A DNA stretch of 64,000 nucleotides. Source: Eledone cirrhosa (Eukaryota). Numbering within the stretch: the stretch's first letter is position 1; each line of letters begins with the position of its first letter. Positions 13,060 to 25,670 of the stretch are shown here, piece after piece. Both the position numbers and the translations under genes were made by a program. Under the pieces are notes generated by a model. It did no database searches and had not been told where the DNA came from. It was given only the letters and a program-made list of their open reading frames with translations. The stretch lies in NCBI GenBank assembly GCA_964016885.1, contig OZ024743.1, forward strand, positions 86,366,001 through 86,430,000. Reading direction: 5' to 3'.

Positions 13060-13432
13060 GCATAGAGTTACGACTCTTTACAGTCTGAATTAAAATCCCC
13101 CCGAGGTTAGCTTCGCCTTTCATCCTTACTGGGTCGATAAAATAAAGTACCAGTAATTGACTTTCCCCTCCCCCAAAATTGTTGGCCCTGTGCCTAAATC
13201 AGAAACCATTATTATGAAGGCAGTTATTATGGCAGTGGGTTGGCAGTATCGGTAGAAGGTCGGACGCCATGCTTTGCAGCATACATTCCTTTATACGGTC
13301 CTTTATGCTCTGAGTTCAAATCCTGCCGAGGTTAACTTTGCCTTTCATCCTTACGGGTCGATAAAATAAAGTACCAGTAATGCACTGGGGTAATTGCTGG
13401 CCTTGTGCTAAAAGTAGAAACAATTATTATTA
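13060..13432 (+). mobile_element. Two tandem SINE copies
   Basis: Two occurrences of CTTTCATCCTTAC.GGGTCGATAAAATAA.GTACCAG plus tail. Confidence 0.9.
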
Positions 13433-13663
13433 TGAAGGCAGTTAATGTTAACAGATTTAACACAGATTTAACGCACAGATTTAACACAGATATTTATTTT
13501 GACCACCAATTATTTAGACAATTTAAACCCTAAACCTGTCAAAGATCTACCAACTATATACAAGATTTTTGAGTACATTTTAGGCTACGAAAAGATTCAA
13601 GAACAGAAATTTTAGCTGCTTTACAGCTTCCCTTGTTTTCCATTTTTTTTTAGTAAGTTTGAC

Positions 13664-14376
13664 TACTCGGGTCACAAATAGTAGGTGGGGTTGGAAATCG
13701 GTAATTTTTCTGGGTTGTCTCCCTTGATTTAAAAAAAAAACAGAATTAGTCGTTTAGTTTACATATTGAGACCCCCCAACTAATCCTATTTATTTTATAA
13801 CGGATAGGATTTCTAGTAATGTTGCCGTGTATGTTTTTTAATGTATGAAGAAAATTAATTATCGCAGGAATGCTGCCACTTAAAATAAAATTTCGCCGGG
13901 TGTAGATTAGCAAAATTTAATAAGCAGGTGGGATGGGGAGGGTGGAATAAGAACAGGGCGACTGGAAAAAAATCTGAACATTTAATCTACGAAGGAGGGG
14001 GCGATTATTTGAGACACAAGAGTACTCACAGGCCTTGAATAATCGTCCCCTCACCCCTATATTAATTAATACTGTAGACCCCTCCACCACCACCGCTTAT
14101 CAAATTTTGCTAATCTTTCTCCAGCGAAATGTTATTGTAAGTGATTTATATTGATACAGCAGCTGGAGATTCTAATAATTTTATTTTACATTAAAAACGA
14201 CATTATATATGACAAAAAAAGAACATTATAAGAAATCGCATATTTACGAACTACACTTTACAATTACGCCCCTACCCCCTCGCGCGTTTATTCCTCCTCC
14301 CTTCTTATAAGAATTTAAGCAAATGTCTACCCCACCCGCTTATTCCACCCCCTTTATTATCTGGTACCCGAGAGTA
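13664..14376. mobile_element. Inverted pair of ~360-bp MITEs sharing a central TA
   Basis: TACTC(TC)GGGT.. and ..ACCCGAGAGTA termini; GATTAGCAAAATTT in the left copy is reverse-complemented in the right; third copy at 23267-23632. Confidence 0.7.
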
Positions 14377-14529
14377 AGTGACGATTTTTGTTATTTCATA
14401 AACTCTGTTTCCATCTCTCCCCATTAAGTTCTTTATTTATCAAATTCAAATCCCGTCGAGGTCAACTTTGCCTTTCATTCCCCCGGAGTCGATGAAACTA
14501 ACTACCAATAAAATACTGAGGTGGACCCC

Positions 14530-14560
<31 letters not shown>

Positions 14561-14973
14561 AATTACTGATCTTACATGGTGGTGGACTCCCCACAACCAT
14601 CACCACCACCACTTGTCTTGTAGAAACTAAATACCAGTAAAATACTGGGTGGTCTCCCCACCACCACCACCACCACCACCACCACCACCACCATTGATCT
14701 TGTGCTTTTGTCGGAAAGGATTAATTAATCTTTCCTTTGTTCTTCCTGTTTATCATGGGAAATATGTTACAGTTTAGTAACAATATTGTTGTTTTTTCCT
14801 GTCTTAATACGGACATTCTTCCTCACATAAGGGACATACCAGTTATATTTCACTATTATCTCTTGTCAACCCGTTACACTTCAGTAGTTAAGTTTAAATA
14901 TTCCCATGTCTAAACACACTTACACACACAGATGCAAACAAAAGAATATATATATATCATATATCATATATGA

Positions 14974-16954
14974 CACTAGGCAACAAAAAATAATTTTTTA
15001 GTCTGGTGCCTGGAATATTTCAACGAATTCTTAAGTGATTTTGCCTTTTTTGACTAAACCTGATAGAGTATGTATTTTATTCATACAAGAGGCATATAAT
15101 ATGAATCAATAAAGAGAGCGTAATACAAAACAAAACAAAGTACAAATAAAAATTCAAAATTGAAAATGCACATTGGCAACAATTTTGGTAAAAAATTCAA
15201 GGAATAACTTTGCGCTTCTTTGTGCACCGTGAATGTTGAGCAACAGGAGTATCTCGTTTTAAACACCAGTAATAGTCTGCCATCATCACAGCGTCCCAAC
15301 GTCCTTGATACCGAGTTTCCATCTCCTTGATGTCCTGATGGAATCGTTCGCCTTGTTCATCGCTAACATCTCCGAGATTTTCAGGAAAACAATCAAGATG
15401 ACTAAAAAGATAATGCGTTTTGATGCTCATATTCGCGCCAATATAACGAAAAGTTGATATCAAGTTGGTAACAAGGTCTTTATAGTTTTCACTTTTGTGT
15501 TTTCCAAGGAAATTTTGCACTATTTCTGCAAAGGCTAGCCAAGATAATGTTTCATTTTCGCTCATCGTTTTCACGAAATTTGTATCCTTCAAAAGCTTAC
15601 GGATCTGTGGTCCATCAAAAATCCCTGCTTTAAGTTTTTCAATCGTCAAGTCTGGAAATACACTGCAGATATACTTGAAACATTCCCCATTTTTGTCAAG
15701 AGCTTTGACGAATTGCTTGATCAATCCGAGTTTGATGTGCAAAGGGGGGAAAATGATCTTATCTTGCTCAACTAAAGGTTCTTCCAATATATTGGCAGCT
15801 CTACATGGAACCATATTTGTTCGAGGCGGCCAGTCTTTCTTAACATAACCAACTTAATTTCTTCATAATTTTCATTCAGAGTTGTTGAGTTGCCGAATGG
15901 GACAGAGCCATACACATTTCCGTTGTGCAACAATACACATTTTAAAGTACGCTTAGAGCTGTCTATGAAAAGACGCCATTCCTCAATGCCAAATTTATTA
16001 AGAAGCCCACTGACATATCTGCAGTAAACCAGCTCTTCCTACTTTGTGAAGAAAGAAAAGAACTCTTCATGCCGACTCCGATAAAAGGTTATACGGACAC
16101 CATTCTCTAGAAGATTCTTCTCTTTCAGTCGGGAAGCCCACAGTTCTGCAGAATTTTTTGGGAGGTTCAAGTCACGAACTAGATCATTCAGCTCTACCTG
16201 GGAGAATAGCTGAGGTAAAGTCTCAACTGAAAAGTCTTGATCTGTAGTGTCATCTTCAGGTGATGAATCTTCTTTGGTTGAGGGTAAAGTTATCTGAGGC
16301 AAGACATTGAAGACAGGAACAGAAAGCTCTTCACTGTGTGGAACCGGTCTAATAGCAGAGGCAAGATTAGGATAGACAAGCGTTTGTCCATTTTTCCGGT
16401 TCAAATTTAGGTTACAAAAATAGCAGTCGTCCACATGATTATAGGGTTCCCGCCATACCATTGGTATGGCAAACCTCATACTTTTCCTTGTCCCTTTAGT
16501 CCATTGTCGCAAATGTTCTGTACATTTTTTGCAGACACTATGCGGTGCCCAATATTTATCTTGGTTCCCAGCTTGACCCCAAAATATGCCATATACAAAA
16601 TCAATGATGTTTTTTCGATTTTCAGGTAATGTGTATTCTCCACAAACATAACAAAACACATTTGGAGAATTAATGCAACACTTACTTGAAGAGGACATCT
16701 TGCTCATTTTCTATTGCTTAGTTCACCACAACATCTAAAAAGTACGGAAAAAGAAAACAAAAACTTAGAATTTGAATAAGGTAACGAACACTGCGTACTG
16801 GACGTACACACATACACAGTGACTATAGGGATGATCAATAAGTTAAAAACTAGATCTGATAGGTCAAAAAGAAGGTTATATTTGGAATCAGGAGACAGAT
16901 TTTATATAGGAATGATGCCTACTTCCTAAACACCAAAAACCTTGTAGACCAGTG
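14974..16954 (-). mobile_element. Chapaev3-type (CMC superfamily) DNA transposon, both ends present, defective
   Basis: Termini CACTAGGCAACAA and (reverse complement) CACTGGTCTACAA; 3-bp flanks TGA/TAA; transposase motifs inside. Confidence 0.85.
15197..16707 (-). pseudogene. Chapaev3 transposase pseudogene
   Basis: FCYVCGE, WAPH..C, WREP..H..DCYFC, ELNDLVRDL, WRLFIDSSKR, PPLHIKLG, SDEQGERFHQDI; stop at 16039 and apparent internal deletion near 15848. Confidence 0.85.
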
Positions 16955-17256
16955 TAATACATATATATAATACATATATTATATATCATATATATAATAT
17001 ATATATATTATATGTCATATATATAATACATATATTATATATCATATATATATAATACATATATAATATATATATAATACATATATAATACGTATATTAT
17101 ATATCATATATATAATACATATATAAAATATATATTATATATCATATATATAATACATAATATATATATATTATATATCATATAATACATATATAATATA
17201 TATATTATATATCATATAATACATATATAATATATATATATTATATATCATATATA
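16955..17256. repeat. AT-rich minisatellite (TATATAATACA/TATATCA units)
   Basis: Direct inspection; a similar motif flanks the transposon on the left. Confidence 0.9.
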
Positions 17257-17686
17257 TGGGTTAATATGTTTCGGTAAACACACATGATAATCTATATATA
17301 AATTTCTGCGATTCTGTTACAACACGTAAAGAGAGAGTAGTTTGACTACCTCATACTACTCCTCTCTCTTTACATCTGTTGCCTACGTGAATGTATGTGT
17401 GTGTAAAAGGAAGGCAGGGTAAGTGTGTCTGAGTTTGCACGTTTATATTTATATTCTCATAGATATAAATGTATGCATATGCACATACACACACATACAC
17501 ACATATACACCTACACACACATACACACATATACACCTACACACACCTACACACATATACACATATACACATACACACACACATACACACATACACACAT
17601 ATACACACGTCAGCGTATGGAAAATATTCTAGTGCATAAAAAAAGTTGTTTTAGTTACACAATATAGTAAAAAAAAACTATAGCCA

Positions 17687-18050
17687 TCTTCTTCTTCTTC
17701 TTCTTCTTCTTCTTCTTCTTCTTCTTCTTCTTCTTCTTCTTCTTCTTCTTCTTCTTCGCCCACTTATTCCTGAGAGGGTCGTAGGGGCAGAATCCTCAAA
17801 TACTCCTTCCAGCAGGTCCTGTCAGAAGCAACCGTCTCCCACTGATCCGACTGGACCCCCAAACGAGACCAGCCAAGCTCATGGATGTTATCTAACCATC
17901 TTCCTTGAGGTCCACCCCTGGGTCTCCTGCCAGTTGGTTTTGTCCGTAAAATCTGTCCAGCAATTCTTTCCTGAGACATTCTAACCACATGCCTGTAGTA
18001 TCGGAGCTGTGATCCTGCGATCTCTCAATTCGGAGAGGTAGCGGCTCTAC
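17687..18050 (-). mobile_element. RTE LINE 3' end with (GAA)n tail
   Basis: GRRPRGGPQGRWLD..ASDR..W; homologous to 46690-46966. Confidence 0.85.
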
Positions 18051-18367
18051 AGCCGTCAATTGCAATCGTATAGGACTTGGTGACTTGGTAGTATACGTTC
18101 GCTAAGGGTTTTAGGTAATTATGTGAGTTGACACAGACACCCTCACGACACTTCTAGATACAACAGAATATCTAGGATATGGCAGCTGGAAGGGATGAGA
18201 CGACTACACCAGCAGTGAGCTGGTACTTTCGATCGAACCTTCCTCCTTTGGTCCAGCGCAACATCCATGATATGACAGCTGAAGAGAGTGAGATAGATAG
18301 ATAGATTGATAGAGAGAGAGAGAGAGAGTGAGAGAGATAGATAGAGAGATAGATAGATATAGATATA

Positions 18368-18472
18368 TTTCTTTATTAGCCACAGGGGCACAAAAGAAGG
18401 GGACAAATACAAAGGGGGAAGTTTACATACAATAAAAACGTGTAAAATGTTATCACAAATGGAATTTAAAAA
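18368..18472 (-). mobile_element. ~105-bp 3' stub of a Tx1-family element within (GATA)n
   Basis: TTTCTTTATT.GCCAC.GGGGCA..GGGACAAATACAAAGGGGGA.GTTTACATA matches the 3' ends at 30278, 36160 and 40048; GATA repeats on both sides. Confidence 0.85.
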
Positions 18473-19044
18473 GATAGATAGATAGATAGATAGATAGGGA
18501 GAGAGAGAGCTGCAGAAGTATTGGGTTTATACTTTCTTTATCGACTCTGAAAGGATGAAAGGTAAAGTGGACCTCGACCTCGGAAGAAATATCCAACACT
18601 AACGATTCTGCCAAATCGACTTCCTTACAGGATACACTATATATGTGTAATGTACATAAAACACCTCCCCCTCCCCCAGGTCATACGTACAGGTTTTCCA
18701 GCAGGCCCGTTGCCAGGCTTTGATACAGTGGGTGAGGGGAGGGGCTCAGGACATTCTGAGTAAACACTTTTAATTCCCTGCAGATTATTTACTAGTTTCT
18801 TTGGTTAAGTTTACGATATCCTTTTATTTAATTTATTATTTTATCTTTGTTCTTGTTTTGAGAAGAAAAGTTAGAAAAGACTTCAAGGAACTTATTTGAG
18901 GACGTTTTTTTTTATAAACATATAAACTCTATTTTCTAAATTTGACGATGTACTGTTGAAAAGTTGGGGGGGGGGGGGGGGGGGTGCCATCCAATACCAT
19001 TCCCACTTCTCGTGAACGGTTTCTAGTTAAGTCCATATCGACTT

Positions 19045-19752
19045 AGCCTGCGCATCGGCGTTTCCCTGAGGCTCGGCCTCCGGATCTGCCAGCCACACCA
19101 ATGTCGCTGCGGTCCCACCGTGGACTTTTCGGCCTCCACCCGCTTTCCTGACGCCACAGTTCCGACCGCCTTCCACGCCATGCTGCTCTCAACGAGGTCA
19201 TTAAGCGTGGCTTGGACGCTGCAGGCTTCCCTTCCCAGCTCGAGCCGGTGGGGCTGGATCGAGGGGACGGCAAAAAGCCAGATGGCATGACCATCTTCCC
19301 ATTCCGCGGTGGCAAACCCCTCGTCTGGGATGCCACTTGCACCAACACTTTCTGCAGCCGCAACCTGGTGCAGTCTGCGACTGACCCAGGTTCTGCTGCA
19401 CGTCGGACTGAGGGGGCAAAACTCCTCAAATACCGGTCACTCTCCGACAGGTTTGCGGTCGTACCCCTGGCAGTGGAGACTTCTGGTGTCCTCGGCCCCA
19501 GGGCTACCTCCTTACTCACCGCCATAGGCGCTGAGCTGGCCAGCCGCAGGTGTGAGCCCCGCGAGTTGGAGTGGCTCTTCCAACGCGTCTCCCTCGCCGT
19601 CCTCCGGGGAAACGCCTTCTCCATTCTGTCCGCCGGGGCTGTGGGTGGACCCCATCACGTACTGTTGTAGTTGTTGTAGAAGAAACGGGAGCTAAATTGT
19701 ATAGTGATATTAATGTTAGTCCAGTACTGACTGGTATTAGCAACAAAACGCT
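19045..19752 (+). mobile_element. 5'-truncated CRE-clade element, open RLE endonuclease frame
   Basis: RHAALNEVIKR..GDGKKPDG..WDATC..AKLLKY..PLAVETSG..FQRVSLAVLRGNA; short 3' UTR ends at TACA repeats. Confidence 0.88.
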
Positions 19753-19878
19753 TATACATACATATATAGACGGTAACTCGGCTCTCTGACTCGACTCCTT
19801 ATGACCGGTTGGGTGGAATATTGCCCTGTCGTAAGTCGGGGATTACTTGTAATACATATTTTGTAATACGTATTTTTT

Positions 19879-20020
19879 ACTGAAGAAATTTTAGGCTGAT
19901 AGTGGGGTTTAAAACCCTCTAAAAAAAGGATGAGTATTGACATACATGAACGTCAATACTCATCGTTTTCCATTTTTAGAGGGTTTTAAACCCCTCTATC
20001 TGGTTAACATTTCTTAGTGT
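19879..20020. repeat. ~140-bp fold-back element / MITE
   Basis: GGGGTTTAAAACCCTCTAAAAA..GATGAGTATTGAC / GTCAATACTCATC..TTTTTAGAGGGTTTTAAACCCC. Confidence 0.75.
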
Positions 20021-21265
20021 GGCGCCGGATGGCATGAGGATCCCTTGGTTTAATCAAGAGGTCAAAGATGCCATCCGAGCATAGGAGGCCTACAAAGCTT
20101 GCTTGGAAATAAGTTCTTCTTTCATTTGCGGTACAAGCAGGCACAAATAATCACAACAGAGGCTTGAAAGGCGTCCAAAGTTAATATGTGGGAGGACTTT
20201 GGGGTTAAGCTGGAATCCGACTCTAGATCAGCAAACCATCCGCCAACTTCGTAATAAGAAGCCCTCCTCCACACCTGATATCAAGAACGCGTCTTGGGTA
20301 CTCCTTTCTTCAGAGAGGTGCATCCTCGCGGGGTGAAGAGAATACTTTGCTGATCTCCTAAACCCGATCACAACAGCATCTTCGGGTGTACACGAAGTGC
20401 ATTCCATATCCCTTTCCACGAGCTGACACATATAGTAATGAATGCCCGTCTGTCTCCGTGTGCCTTCCACGTGTGCCTCTGTGGAGTGATGCATGACTGT
20501 GTATATATTTACATTGATGCATGTGTAGATGTGCATGCATGTGCGTGTGTCCCTGGGTGCGTGTGTGCACATGTATATTTATTTTCCTTTTGATATTCTT
20601 TCACACAATGTGCACTGAACAATGTCTTGCCTCTACCCACAGTGTTTTAGCAACCTCTCCAAACAGTTTTTCTTTTTGTAGAGGTTTTCTTTGAGGCCTT
20701 TTCTGTGGTCTTTTCAGGCGATGGCCTCATACCGTAATTCTTCATTTCTTTGATTCCTTATGTGTGTTTCCAAACACTGACCTCGTGCCATTCTCATCAC
20801 CTCATTGGTTCTTTCTTTATAGCGCAGATCCCCTTTAACGATGTCTAGGCAGCTTACAAGTAGACCCCACCTTGGCACAGTATGACCTGCCTCCATTGTG
20901 TCCACTCACTCTTCCGTGACGGACTGGTGACAGGCGGAGGCCGCCCTGGTGCAACACCACACTCTTTCATGTCCAATCACGCACAACCCTACCACATCCA
21001 CACCACACACAGCATCTCTGCCTCACCGCGTACACGCCGACATGTCTATGGCAAGCCAAAACACCACACCCCGCAACTCACATCGGCCATCGCTCCGCAC
21101 CGCCGCCTCGTCGCTGTGCTGCCCCCCCCCCACCTGTCACACATCCAGGGCGTTCCTCTTCACTAAACCACCAATGAAAACAACATAAATTGACCACCAT
21201 ATGAACGCGAAACGTTACAGACATGTCCATGCTTTATATGTTCATTCTGTCATTACAACTGCAGA

Positions 21266-21353
21266 GGTCTGACGAACTTTTGATTCCAAAGTCGGGCCAG
21301 ATCGATACAGATCAAAAAATCTTGAGCTGATCAATAGCGAAACGCGCGTCACC
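21266..21353 (+). ncRNA. Hammerhead ribozyme
   Basis: GGT-CTGACGA-[long stem II]-GAAA-CGCGCG-TC-ACC, followed by AATAAA. Confidence 0.7.
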
Positions 21354-21487
21354 GTTCAATAAACATAACAATTCGTCATTCTATTATTATATTACACTCT
21401 GTTTAGCTCTACACCTCGCCACTGGCGTGAAGCTAAACATCGAGTGTTCACAGGGTGAACGTACAGTAACTTCACGTTACACTCCGT

Positions 21488-21609
<122 letters not shown>

Positions 21610-21693
21610 GTATACATAAATATATATATATATATACATATATATGTGTGTGTGTGTATGCATATATACTATATATGTGTGTGTGTGTGTGTA

Positions 21694-21753
<60 letters not shown>

Positions 21754-21869
21754 TATATATATACATACATACATATACATATACATATATATATACATAT
21801 ATATATATAAATGAAAAGTATAGAAATTGTTGTAGCGAGAAGCTAACAGTATTCCATAACATATATATA

Positions 21870-22230
21870 CATATTGAAATTTTTGAAATTATTATTTAAA
21901 AGACGATAATGTTTTCTAAAAGCTGGTACAATGCGGTACAAAGAAGTAATGCTTTACCCAGTGTATTTTAGCATGATATTTCAGAGCTAAACCTCCTTTT
22001 TCAGATGCAAAGCTGAAATAGTTCAAGACAAAACAAACGACCGATCTCTGAAGAGAGGATTATAGCCCTGAAATATCATGTTAAAACACAGTGGGTAAAA
22101 CTTTTTTAATTTTTTTTTAATCTTTGTCATCCTTTTTTTCTACTGCATCGTTTTTTTCTACCGCACTGTACTGACTTTTAAAAAAGTATATCGTCTTTTA
22201 ATACATATTTCACAATGATTCGTATTAACT
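21870..22230. repeat. Diverged ~360-bp inverted repeat with hammerhead-like core
   Basis: TTTACCCAGTGT.TTTTAGCATGATATTTCAG vs CTGAAATATCATGTTAAAACACAGTGGGTAAA; AAAAGACGATA vs TATCGTCTTTT; CTGAAGA..GAAA in the right arm. Confidence 0.75.
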
Positions 22231-22326
22231 ACACTATTTCTATTATTTAAATGGTTTTAAATACAAAAAAAAAAAAAAAAATCAAGTCAAATTATTCCAG
22301 TTTTCTCTACAAGAATAAAACAAATA

Positions 22327-22496
22327 CAATGAAATTCCGTTATAACTAAATTAACGGGATATAAAAAGATTCGTTGTAACGAGATCGACCGAAACAAATC
22401 GAGCGTTTGTTTGTTATTACCTCGGGGATTGAAAACAAATTTCGTTATACTGAAAAAATCGTTATAATGGTATTCGTTATAACGGAATTTTACCTC
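22327..22496. mobile_element. pogo/Tigger-like MITE
   Basis: TA-CAATGAAATTCCGTTATAAC ... GTTATAACGGAATTTTAC termini with internal CGTTATA repeats. Confidence 0.7.
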
Positions 22497-23266
22497 TATT
22501 CAATGGTCAAAATTTCTAAGGTGTGTATATAAATTAATGATCTTAAACCTACTAATTAGAATACGTAGAAAGAATATATAATTCTGTTATTTAAAAACTG
22601 AAGATTTCTCGTTGGGAGATTAGAGTTGCACACCTTTTGCTCAAACTTGCCCTATTTAGTGTGACACCAATACTAGGAATGTTGTTGTACCCGTGACATA
22701 ACTGAAGGGTCCTCTCGACTCTTTGTTTGACAAATGTTCTATGCCTTGATGCCCTTCATAACGCCAGCCATTTTACATGGTATACTGGGTGCAGCTTTTA
22801 TGGTATCAGTACTAAAGATATGGCAGTATCGGTAGAGGGTCGGACACCATGCTTTGACACAGAGTTACGGCCCTTGCCATTCTGAGTTCAAATCCCGCTG
22901 CGGTTAACTTTGCCTTTCATCCTTACAGGGTTGATAACATACAGTACCAGTAATTGCTGGCCTTGTGCCAAAAGTAGAAACAATTATGTCATTAACGTGA
23001 TTAAAGAGTCATATCAACAGAGTGTACTAGGTGTATTTTATCGTGGTCCCAACACCGTTGACTGAACTGAAGAGCCCTGTCTACCCTATAGGGTGGGATG
23101 GGGATGATGATCTGTCTCAAGTCAGGCATGTCTAAAGAGAAGGGAGGGGGATTAAAGACCTATGTCAAAGGTTAGTGACAATAAGTAAGGGGGAAGGGAG
23201 GACAACAGGTACGATGTCTTAATGCAAGACACGTGGGATTGGGTAGTGAATTTAGTAGGGTGATGT

Positions 23267-23632
23267 ATTCTCGGGTTCCAAATAATGGGGGAGGGGGGTA
23301 AAGCGGATGGATTGGAAATTCGGTAATTTTTCTAGGTTGTCTCCGTTGATATTAAAAAAAACAACACAATTAGTCGTTTAGTTTACATATTGAGACCCCA
23401 ACCCATTTATTTTATTTATGTTATAACGGATGGGATTTCCAATAATATACTTTTTTTGTCATATATAATGTTTTTTAATGTATAAAGAAAAATAATTGTC
23501 GCAGGAATGCTACTACTTAAAATAAAATTTTGCCGGAGATAGATTAGCAAAATTTAATAAGTGGGGGAAGGGAATCTGAAAAAATTAATAAGCGGAGGGG
23601 AGGGGGGGGGGATTATCCGAGTGTAAGAGAGT
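23267..23632 (+). mobile_element. MITE, same family as 13664-14024
   Basis: Shared AATTAGTCGTTTAGTTTACATATTGAGACCCC and TATTCTC..GAGAGTA ends. Confidence 0.75.
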
Positions 23633-23815
23633 AAGAGAGGAAAGGTGTGGAGGTGGCCTCGGAGAACAGAAGCTAGAGGAGATATGACGAGTGGAGAGGG
23701 TGGCGGTGGTGATAATGAGGGATACACCAATGGTGAAAATAGTTACTGTTTATCGTCCTTGTATTGTCCCTCAACAACTTGGGCCCTTGTGGCCAATAAA
23801 ATGAATCATCATCAT

Positions 23816-24510
23816 AAAATTGTTGGCCTTGTGCCTAAATCAGAAACCATTATTATGAAGGCAGTTATTATGGCAGTGGGTTGGCAGTATCGATAGAAGG
23901 TCGGACGCCATGATTTGCAGCATACATTCCTTTATACGGTCCTTTATGCTCTGAGTTCAAATCCTGCCGACGTTAACTTTGCTTTTCATCCTTACGGGGT
24001 CGATAAAATAAAGTACCAGAAATGCACTGGGGTAATTGCTGGCCTTGTGCCAAAAGTAGAAATAATTATTATTACGGGGTCGATAAAATAAAGTACCAGT
24101 CACACACTGCGGTCGATTTAATCGACCCCCCCCACAAATTGCTGGCCTTGTGCCTATATAAGAAACCATTATTATTTACATGGATTGGCAGTATCGGTAG
24201 AGGGTCGGACGCCATGCTTTCCAGCATAGTTACGTCCCTTTACGATCTGAGTTCAAATCCCGCCGAGGTTAACTTTGCCTTTCATCCTTACGGGGTCGAT
24301 AAAATAAAGTACCAGTAATGCACTGGGTAATTGCTGGCCTTGTGCCTAAAGTAGAAACAATTATTTACATGAAAGGTTGTGGATTAGTAGTATCAGCAGC
24401 CATGCTTAGCAGCATAGAGTTACGGCCCTTTACTTCTGAGTTCAAATCCGGCCGAGGTTAATTTTGCCTTTCATCCTTACAGGGTCGATAAAAAAAAGTA
24501 CCAGTCACTT
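23816..24510 (+). mobile_element. Cluster of 4-5 tandem SINE copies and fragments
   Basis: Repeated SINE core in the same orientation; another copy at 22821-22985. Confidence 0.9.
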
Positions 24511-24585
24511 GATAATGGTAATGGCGATGATGATCTCTATAATCATGTTTATAATGTTTATTCACGAATGTGTGATCAACAGTAA

Positions 24586-25423
24586 TCTATATATATATAT
24601 AAAATAGACTCTGTGTGTGTGTCTGTTTCCGCATAACTTCTACAACTTGCAACCGATTTTCTTCAAATTTGGCACAAACATGCGTTATCCTCCTCACCTT
24701 CATACGAACTCATTACATTTGTGTCTACTGCGCCTTCTATAAGAGAAAAACCTACTTTGAAAAATCATTTTTGTCAATAACTTCTACAGTTTACATCCGA
24801 TTTCCTTTAAAGTTGGAACAAACATGCATTATGTTCCCGACTTTATTTCGAACTCATAACATTTTGTTTAGTGCATCCCCTGGATTAGAAAAAAACGAAT
24901 CGAAAAAAACCGCATCGTTATAACGCCTACAGTTTGCGCCCGATTTCCTTCAAATTTGGAACAGCCATGCCTCATGTACCAAACATTATTTTGGGCTATC
25001 CTATTTTTCGAGTTATCTAATTCGGGCCCTGTGTGAGAAAAACTAAATTAAAAAAAAGTATCGACGTCAATAACTTCTACAGTTTGTGGCCGATTTTATT
25101 CAAATTTGCACCGATTATACATTGTGTTCCGTTTAATATTTTTTACTCATAAAATTTTAGTTGTTCTGCCTACTGTAGCCCCTAGCAGCGGAAAATCAAC
25201 TCAAACGGCCACCTCAATTGCATGGTTTACTGCTTGGTTCATGCGGGTTTATCGACTTTTCCCCACTGGCATAGCACGTGATACACAGATGTTTAGTATA
25301 AAGGGCGCATTTCATAAGACATCGGTTGTACCAGAAAAAGCTTAATTGGTGAAAAAGTCAGAATGGATCTATTGAAAAAGTCCCCGCCAACGGTTAGCAA
25401 CAATAACACCGGGTGTTACTGGT
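24586..25423 (+). mobile_element. Non-autonomous Helitron-like element with ~145-bp internal tandem repeats
   Basis: TCTATATATA..AAAA start, TGTGTCTG, four ATAACTTCTACAG..CCGATTT..CAAATTTG units (~24632, 24778, 24920, 25070). Confidence 0.6.
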
Positions 25424-25577
25424 TTATTTTTTCCACCAAAGAAGTAAGACACAAACTACAGCCTATGTTTCCACTCCATGTGCGCAACTCACAAACATAT
25501 TTAATTTTTTATTTATACGTGTTACTACACTTTTGAAGTTAAACTTTTCCAATCCCATGCAACGTTAGGCTCCACTG

Positions 25578-25670
<93 letters not shown>

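Noticed and set aside
20880-21190. GC-rich segment with short ORFs
   Set aside because: Probably a decayed retroelement fragment; no motif could be assigned with confidence.
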